Shown here: in pieces, positions 57,718 to 64,000 of the stretch
Numbering within the stretch: position 1 is the stretch's first letter
Layout: every line of letters begins with the position of its first letter
NCBI GenBank assembly: GCA_041483195.1
Contig: JBGPFC010000001.1
Coordinates: 96,001 to 160,000, forward strand
Length of the DNA stretch: 64,000 bases
From: Candidatus Eiseniibacteriota bacterium
GTDB lineage: Bacteria; Eisenbacteria; RBG-16-71-46
Reading direction: 5' to 3'
Notes under the pieces: model-generated
What the model was told of the DNA's origin: nothing
What the model saw: only the letters and a program-made list of their open reading frames with translations
Database searches by the model: none
Position numbers and translations under genes: made by a program

Positions 57718-60700
57718 GACCGCCGCCCTCGTTCCCGACCCCGACGACTCTGCTCTGGGCCGTCGCGCTCGCCTGCGGCGCCTGCGCGTCAGCGCGCGCC
57801 GAGCCGGCGCTCACGGATTCTTCGCGGCGGGTGCGGCCCGCGCATGAGGCGCTCGATCGTGACCCACTCTCACTCGGACGCGCGGTGATGGAGCAGAGCG
57901 TTTCGCATCCGCGCGGCGTCGTCGAGCAGCTCGAGCCGATCGACTTCTCGCTCCAGCCCTCGTGGGCCGAGGCCGACCGCGCGGCGTTCCTGCTCGGACA
58001 CGCCTACCTCCAGCTCGGGAGCACCGACCGGTTCGTGAGCCTCGCGCGCAACGTCGCGCGCTGGGAGCGCAAGAGCGCATACACCGAATGGCTCGCCTTC
58101 CAGCTGCTGCTGATCGAGGCCGAGGGCGGCGACTCGCTGCCCGCCGGCCCGGGCGCCGCCGACGCGCCGCTCGCCGGGCACCTTCCGCCGCTCGCGGCGG
58201 CCCACGGCGGCGACGACGCGACGGATTCCGCGGCGCTCGCCGCGATCGACACCAGCACCGCGATCGGTCGCGATCTGGCGGGCGCGGCGCGGATCCGGCT
58301 CGCCACGCGCGCGCTGGAGCGCGGCGATGACGCGCGCGCGCTGCTCGATGGCGTGCCGGCCGGCAGCCGCTACGCATCGCGCGCCCATCACATGCTCGGG
58401 CTGATCGCGCTGGAGCGCGGCGAGACCGAGCGCGGCATGGGGCTGCTCGCTTCGCTGCTGGCCGGCGATTCGAGCTACGCGGAGCGCAGGGAGGCGTGGC
58501 TCGCGCTCGCCGACCGCACGCTCGAGCAGGGCCGATGGGACGCCGCGCACCAGAGCTACGAGGCGATCGACCGCGACTGGACGCTGAACCGCGACGCGCT
58601 GGAGCGCGTGCTCGCCGAGCGTGCGTTCGACAGCATGTGGGCGGCGTGGCGCGCGGATCCGCAGAACTCGGGTGCTGTGATGATCGACGCTGCGCCGGCG
58701 CGGGCGCTGGCGGAGAACCTCGCATCGGAATCGGCCGATCTGCGCGCGCGGCCCGCCACGCCGACGCCGGCGCTCGACGTCCCGCGGCGCGCCGCGCCGC
58801 CGCGCTGGCCGGTCCCTCCGCCCGCGCCCGGCGCGTGGAAGGCGGTCGCGGCCGGGGAGCGCCGCGCCGGCGAGGCCGCCGACGCGCTCGAGCGCAATCG
58901 ATCGGCGATGGAACACGAGCTCGAAACGCTCGGCGACCGCCGCCGGTACTTCGGAATCGGACGCGAGCGCAACGCGCTCGAGGCCGCGCAGCTGGTCGAG
59001 CGCACGACCCGGCTCGCCGCGTTGCGCGCGCAGCTCGATTCGATCGACGCGAAGCTCCGCGCGGTGCGGGACGAGGCCACCCGGCGGGTCGCGATGCGCG
59101 CGGCGCGGATCCTCGAGACCTGTGCGGGAGACGCCATCTGGATCGGCGGCATGCGCCGGCTGAACGTCGACGGGCCGGATCGCGCCCGCGCGATCGCGAC
59201 GCCGGACGGCTATCCCGGGCCAGACTCCGTACTCGCGCGGGAGGATTCGCTCGCCGCGGGGATTCGGGGCGCGGTCCAGGCGATGGCGGCCGACGCCCCG
59301 GGGCGGATCGCGCGCTCCTATGCGGAGGCCTGGCGCCCGAAGCTGATCGATCGCGCGATCGCGCTGAACGCGGACGCCGCGCGCGGCCTGGCGATGACGC
59401 GGGTGCTCGGATCGTCCGTCGATTCCAGCATCGCGGCGGCGTGGACGGACGAAACCGTGCGGCGGCTGGATGCGCGCATGCTGCCGCTCGCGGAGCGCGC
59501 AGATTCGCTCCGCGGCGCCGTCGCCACGCTGCGCGACGGGGTGGCGCGGAAGGCGGTCGATGGCGCGCTCGCCTCGCTCGATGGCGAACGGGAGGCGATC
59601 GACTACGGCCTCGCGGCCTCCGCCTACGGCCTCGGCGTGCGGCTCGAGCGATCGGACTCATCGAGCACCCTCGCGGCGGCCGCTGGCGCGTCGATCGCGC
59701 GCGACACGACCGGCGCAGCGCCTGAGCCGGGCGAGGAGTTCGACGATCCCGCGAGCTCGGGTGCGCGTGCGGATGCGATCGTCGCGATCCGGGCGTTCCT
59801 CGAGCGCCATCCGCGCTCGCTCGCGCGCGGCGAGATGAGGTTTCGCCTGGCCGACCTGCTGATGATCGACTCGCGCCAGGCCTTCCGCGAGCGGATGGCG
59901 GGCTACGTCCGCGAGCAGTCGGAGGGCGGAACCGCCGGGGCCGCGCTCCCGGTGATGGATCACGCGCCGGCGCTCGCGCTCTATCGCGAGATCCTCGCCG
60001 AGGATCTCGACTTCCCTCATCGCGACGCGGTGCTGTTCGACGCAGGGATGATCCTCGCCGACGACGGCGACCCCGAGGCGGCGCGCTATTTCGACCGGCT
60101 CGTGACCGATCATCCGCACTCGCCCTACTGCCAGGAGAGCTACCTGCGCATGGGCGACATGCAGTTCAACGAGAAGCGGTTCGCCGCCGGCATCGAGCTC
60201 TATCAGCACGCCGCGGCCGGGACCGACCTCGGCATGCGCGTGATCGCCCTCTACAAGATGGGCTGGGCGCACTTCAACGAGGATCGATTCATGGAGGCCG
60301 CCGACGCGTTCCGCGGGGTGCTGGATCTCTACGGGTCCGATCGCCGCGCGATCCCGGTCGACATCGAAGGCGAGTCGCAGGCGTATCTGGTCCACTCGCT
60401 CGCCGCGGCCGGCGGGGCTCCGACCTTCGAAGAATACTTCGGCCGCATCGGCGCGCGTCCCTACGAGCGGACTGTACTGCTCGCGCTAGGCCAGCAGTTC
60501 AGGCGCTATGGCGAGTTTCCGCGCGCCGCCGAGATCGATGAGCTGTTCATCCGCCGGTTCCCGTTGGATCCCGACGCGCTGGTGAGCGCGGAGCGGCTGG
60601 TCGAGACCCTTCGGCGTTCGGAGCGGCCGGCTCGCGAGCGCGAGTCGCGGCTCGCGCTCGCGCCCCGCTTCGCCCCGGCGAGCGAATGGTTCGTGGCGCA

Positions 60701-62606
60701 GCGCTCCGACTCGGTCCGGGACGCCGGCGCGGACTTCGCGCGATCGTCGTGGACCCGGGTCGCGCTCGACGCCCACCTGAAGGCGCGCAGCGGCGGATCG
60801 CGCGAGGACTGGCAGGAGGCGCTGCGGCTCTACGACATGCTGCTCGCGCACTGGCCGAAGGACGCGAACGCGCCCGCCATCGAGCTGAACGCTGGCGAGG
60901 CCAGCGCCCGGCTCGGCGACCACGCGGCCGCGCTCGGCCACTACGCGGCCGCGGCCCGCGGCGGCCCCGACAGCATCGCGTCGCTCGCGATGTGGCAGCG
61001 GGTGGCCGTGACCGATGCCTGGTACGAGTCCATGCGCGCGCCGGGGTCGGCCGCGCGCGCCGCACTCGGCCCCGACTCGCTCGCGCACGCCGTGATCGAC
61101 GCCGGCGACGCGCTGCTCGCTCGATTCCCCGAGCACCCGCAGGGCGCGAATCTCGTGTGGCGCCAGAGCCAGATCGCGCTGGCCCACGGCTGGTACGAGC
61201 GCGCCGCGCGCGATCTCGAGCGCATGAGCACGCGCTACCCGGACGACCGGCGCTCGGCGACCGCCGCGTGCCAGCGGGGCGACGCGTTCTTCCATATCGG
61301 CCAGTACGAGGCGGCGGGCGCAGCCTTCGAATCGGCGCTGGCCGCGGCGCGGCGCGCCGGCCGCGATTCGCTGGCGCGGGTCGCGGCCCAGGCGATCCCG
61401 GTCTGCGCCTACCGCCGCGCGGAGGCTGCGGTGGCGGAGGACTCGACCCGGTACGAGCGCAACGCCGCGCTGTTCGAGCAGGTCGCCGCGCGCTGGCCGG
61501 AATACACGTACGCGCCGCTCGCGGAGTATCGCGCGGGGCTCGCCTACCTCCGCGCCGGCCAGCCCACCGCCGCGGCCCGCGCCATGCAGGCGCTCGTTCA
61601 GAAGTTTCCTCGCAGCGAGTACGTGCGCGATGCCCAGCTCCAGCTCGCGAAGACCTGGGAGGCGAACGGCGCGCCGGAGCAGGCGGCGCAGGCCTACCTC
61701 GATTTCGCGAAGGCGTATCCCGACGACGAGAGCGCGCGCGGCGCGTGGCTCGAGGCGGCGGACCTGCTGGCCACCGCCGGTCTGAGCCAGCGCGCGGAGG
61801 ACCTGCGGCTCCAGTACATCGCGAAGTATCCCGATGACGTCGAGGGCGCGATGGAAATTCTCGAGGCGCTCGCGCGCCGCGATCTCGCGAGCGCATCGCC
61901 CGAGCGCGCGATCTCGACGCTGCTCGATCCGCCGGGCGCCGCGCGGCGCGCCGCGCCCGCGCCGTCGCACCTGGCCGCCTACCTGCGGCTGGCAGGCAGG
62001 CACCCGGAGCTGGCGTCGCGAAGCGTGCTGGCCCAGGTGCGATATCTGCAGGGCGAGGAGTCGCGCACGGCGTGCGCGGCAGCGCGGCTCATGCAGCCGC
62101 TGCCGCAGTCGCTCGCCGCCAAGCAGAGAATGCTGGACTCGTCGCTGGTGCGATACCGGCGGAGCATCGATCTCGGCGTTCCGGAATGGGCGCACGCCTC
62201 GGCGTTTCGCATCGGAGAGACGCTCGTGGACTTCGGCGAATCGCTGGAGCGAAGCCAGCGCCCTGCCGATCTGCAGGGGGACGATCTGCGGGCGTACGAG
62301 GACGTCCTCATGGAGCAGAGCCAGACCTTCTACGACCGCGGCGAGGGCGTGTGGACCGATCTGCTGCGCCAGAGGAATCCCCACGATCCCGACGACACGT
62401 GGATCGCCCAGGCGCAGGGCTCGCTCTGGCGGCGGCTCTCGAGCCGGTTCTACTACCGGCCGGAGGCGGACTTCCCGCTGGTGAGCGCGAAGGCGCCGCC
62501 CCGGGAGCACGAGACGAAGGCGCATCACGGCCGGTCGAAGGCGGTCGCGCGCGGCGCCGCGAAGAGCGCCCCCGCCCTCGCCGGCGCGGAAGGCGGCGCC
62601 CGATGA
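57714..62606 (+). CDS. very large secreted TPR protein (GltD-like)
   Basis: 1630 aa; many TPR motifs (FRLADL, YLRMGD..F, ALYKMGWAHF, YRAGLAY). Confidence 0.75.
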   Translation: MRPPPSFPTPTTLLWAVALACGACASARAEPALTDSSRRVRPAHEALDRDPLSLGRAVMEQSVSHPRGVVEQLEPIDFSLQPSWAEADRAAFLLGHAYLQLGSTDRFVSLARNVARWERKSAYTEWLAFQLLLIEAEGGDSLPAGPGAADAPLAGHLPPLAAAHGGDDATDSAALAAIDTSTAIGRDLAGAARIRLATRALERGDDARALLDGVPAGSRYASRAHHMLGLIALERGETERGMGLLASLLAGDSSYAERREAWLALADRTLEQGRWDAAHQSYEAIDRDWTLNRDALERVLAERAFDSMWAAWRADPQNSGAVMIDAAPARALAENLASESADLRARPATPTPALDVPRRAAPPRWPVPPPAPGAWKAVAAGERRAGEAADALERNRSAMEHELETLGDRRRYFGIGRERNALEAAQLVERTTRLAALRAQLDSIDAKLRAVRDEATRRVAMRAARILETCAGDAIWIGGMRRLNVDGPDRARAIATPDGYPGPDSVLAREDSLAAGIRGAVQAMAADAPGRIARSYAEAWRPKLIDRAIALNADAARGLAMTRVLGSSVDSSIAAAWTDETVRRLDARMLPLAERADSLRGAVATLRDGVARKAVDGALASLDGEREAIDYGLAASAYGLGVRLERSDSSSTLAAAAGASIARDTTGAAPEPGEEFDDPASSGARADAIVAIRAFLERHPRSLARGEMRFRLADLLMIDSRQAFRERMAGYVREQSEGGTAGAALPVMDHAPALALYREILAEDLDFPHRDAVLFDAGMILADDGDPEAARYFDRLVTDHPHSPYCQESYLRMGDMQFNEKRFAAGIELYQHAAAGTDLGMRVIALYKMGWAHFNEDRFMEAADAFRGVLDLYGSDRRAIPVDIEGESQAYLVHSLAAAGGAPTFEEYFGRIGARPYERTVLLALGQQFRRYGEFPRAAEIDELFIRRFPLDPDALVSAERLVETLRRSERPARERESRLALAPRFAPASEWFVAQRSDSVRDAGADFARSSWTRVALDAHLKARSGGSREDWQEALRLYDMLLAHWPKDANAPAIELNAGEASARLGDHAAALGHYAAAARGGPDSIASLAMWQRVAVTDAWYESMRAPGSAARAALGPDSLAHAVIDAGDALLARFPEHPQGANLVWRQSQIALAHGWYERAARDLERMSTRYPDDRRSATAACQRGDAFFHIGQYEAAGAAFESALAAARRAGRDSLARVAAQAIPVCAYRRAEAAVAEDSTRYERNAALFEQVAARWPEYTYAPLAEYRAGLAYLRAGQPTAAARAMQALVQKFPRSEYVRDAQLQLAKTWEANGAPEQAAQAYLDFAKAYPDDESARGAWLEAADLLATAGLSQRAEDLRLQYIAKYPDDVEGAMEILEALARRDLASASPERAISTLLDPPGAARRAAPAPSHLAAYLRLAGRHPELASRSVLAQVRYLQGEESRTACAAARLMQPLPQSLAAKQRMLDSSLVRYRRSIDLGVPEWAHASAFRIGETLVDFGESLERSQRPADLQGDDLRAYEDVLMEQSQTFYDRGEGVWTDLLRQRNPHDPDDTWIAQAQGSLWRRLSSRFYYRPEADFPLVSAKAPPREHETKAHHGRSKAVARGAAKSAPALAGAEGGAR

Positions 62607-63523
62607 TCCGCGCGGCCCATTGCGCGCGAAGCCGCGGACTGCACGCACGGCCGGTCGCGGCCCGCGGCATCGCGCTGCTCGCGCTGCTGCTCGCCCCGGT
62701 CACGCTCGGCGGATGCAGCGTGATGTCGCTCGGACGCCACATCGGCCTGCCGATGCACCACCCGAAGGTGCGGGCCTCCGCCCCCACCGATCGCACGACG
62801 GAGACGCGCGAGCAGATCGCGCTCCAGCCGCAGCAGCCCTACTGGCCATACCGGCTGGGCCAGATCGAGCTGGCGGCCGACTCGCTCGATGCCGCCGAGG
62901 CCGCGCTGCGCGCTTCGCTCGAGCGCGATCCGAACTACGCGCCCGCCCTCTCGCTGCTCTCGAAGCTCTACTTCGAGACCGGGCGTCATGCCGAAGCCGT
63001 GAAGTTGCTCGAGCCGGCGCGCTCGCGGCCCGGCGCGTTCTCGAGCGACGCGCGCCAGATGCTGCTCGCGGGGCTGGCGCTCCACGAGGACGCGCTGGGT
63101 CGCCCCGATCTCGCGGGCGCCGCGCTGACCGGCATGGCGCGGGCCGATCTCGAACACGCGGGTTCCGCGATGGTGTACGTGACGCTGCGCGGCGAGACCC
63201 CCGATTCGGCGGGCGCGCTCGCGACCGCGGCGCTCGGCGCGGACCGGAGCGCGGCGAACCTGAACAATTTCGGCATCACGCGGCTGCGCGCCGGCGATCC
63301 GGAATCCGCGCGCCGTGCGTTCCAGTCCGCGATCGATCGCGATCCGAGCCTTCCGGGGCCGTACTACAACCTCGCGATCCTGGAAAAGTACTACCGCCTC
63401 GACGACGCGGCGGCGGCCCGCTGGTTCAAGACCTACTGGAAGCGTTCGCAGGACGACCCCGACAGCCTGCTCGGCGTCTTCTCGGCAGGCGAGCCGGGCG
63501 GCGTCGCGCAGAAAGGGAACTAG
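62603..63523 (+). CDS. TPR lipoprotein (GltE-like)
   Basis: Lipobox LGGC; NLNNFG; YYNLAILEKYY..D..AA..F..Y. Confidence 0.7.
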   Translation: MIRAAHCARSRGLHARPVAARGIALLALLLAPVTLGGCSVMSLGRHIGLPMHHPKVRASAPTDRTTETREQIALQPQQPYWPYRLGQIELAADSLDAAEAALRASLERDPNYAPALSLLSKLYFETGRHAEAVKLLEPARSRPGAFSSDARQMLLAGLALHEDALGRPDLAGAALTGMARADLEHAGSAMVYVTLRGETPDSAGALATAALGADRSAANLNNFGITRLRAGDPESARRAFQSAIDRDPSLPGPYYNLAILEKYYRLDDAAAARWFKTYWKRSQDDPDSLLGVFSAGEPGGVAQKGN

Positions 63524-63526
63524 CGC

Positions 63527-63922
63527 ATGACGAGACCGCTCACGCTGTGCGCCACGCTGCTGATCGCGAGCCTCGCGACCGCGGCCGGCGCCGCGACCCA
63601 CGCCGCGACCGCGGCCGCGGCCGGCGCGACGACCCACGCCGCGACCGGGACCGGCGCGACGACTCACGCGCGGCACGACGGAGCGGCGCCGCCGGCGCGC
63701 CCGGCCGGCGCTCCGCGGAGGCTGGACGACATTCACATCGAAGGCGAAATCCCGGTGCCGCAGGTGCTGTTCATCACGGCACGCGAGCAGCGCCGCTTCA
63801 TGGAGTTTCAGAACGCACGCTATCTGAGGAGCAGCCGGAGGCTCGGTGAGGACACCGTGGCTCCGGATTGGATCGTCGTGACCAACACCCGGCCCACGTC
63901 CAGCAAGGAGAAATCCCGATGA
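63527..63922 (+). CDS. small secreted protein, GltF/CglF-like
   Basis: Signal peptide; AGA(A/T)THAAT repeats; LDDIHIEGEIPVPQVLFITAR. Confidence 0.55.
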   Translation: MTRPLTLCATLLIASLATAAGAATHAATAAAAGATTHAATGTGATTHARHDGAAPPARPAGAPRRLDDIHIEGEIPVPQVLFITAREQRRFMEFQNARYLRSSRRLGEDTVAPDWIVVTNTRPTSSKEKSR

Positions 63923-64000
63923 ACGAACTCTCGACAGCGGCCTCCTTCTTCAAAGAAGGCGGCATCGTCATGTACTTCATGCTGGCGATCGCGGTGTTCG
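63919..64000 (+). CDS. MotA/TolQ/ExbB proton-channel protein, 5' part only
   Basis: AAGGAG RBS; ATGA overlap; MNELSTAASFFKEGGIVMYFMLAIAVF. Confidence 0.65.
   Translation, partial: MNELSTAASFFKEGGIVMYFMLAIAVF

Noticed and set aside
558..62648. Long alternative-frame or antisense ORFs (e.g. 558-2480+, 17280-20000-, 12062-14308-, 52016-54034-, 60486-62648-)
   Set aside because: Arg/Ala/Gly-rich shadow frames overlapping well-supported genes; expected at this GC content
63575..63670. Short tandem repeats as a CRISPR-like or non-coding array
   Set aside because: In-frame low-complexity AGA(A/T)THAAT coding linker with no unique spacers
1..64000. selA/selB/selD, tRNA-Sec, other tRNA/rRNA, integrase, CRISPR-cas, reverse transcriptase
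   Set aside because: None recognised in this window; the Sec machinery must be elsewhere in the genome if the selenoprotein calls are right

Overview
High-GC bacterial genomic window. It is probably from an FCB-group candidate lineage such as Ca. Eisenbacteria; this is inferred from several secreted proteins ending in a FlgD-Ig/T9SS-like 'PNP...FD(V/I)xGRxV...WDG...GxY' C-terminal domain. It holds about 58 real genes, and most other ORFs in the track are GC-rich shadow frames. Main result: three selenoprotein genes that the ORF track breaks at an in-frame TGA. Two are tandem secreted thioredoxin/peroxiredoxin-fold paralogues with UxxC motifs (UPYC and UEFC), SECIS-like hairpins and a C-terminal sorting domain; they lie upstream of TlpA and a DUF6029-like beta-barrel (768-4702, minus). 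The third is an Rdx/SelW-like CxxU protein (25416-25670, minus). Second result: a sigma54-promoted operon of more than 17 kb (47005 to window end). It combines c-type cytochrome lipoproteins (one hydrazine-synthase-alpha-like), TlpA/DUF4266/DUF3570, several beta-barrels and a myxobacterial Glt/Agl-like TPR-TPR-GltF-MotA module. Other points: an inverted duplicated sigma54 promoter block on both sides of an NtrC-type regulator (one copy drives an ice-binding lipoprotein), a 40-bp operator palindrome, a 7-repeat zinc-ribbon protein, a putative nucleotidyltransferase TA pair, and housekeeping genes (fabI end, pit/DUF47, glpD/glpK, S9 peptidase, FdhF/YdeP). No rRNA, tRNA, CRISPR array, transposase or integrase was recognised. 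All family calls come from motif recognition by eye, not from database searches.
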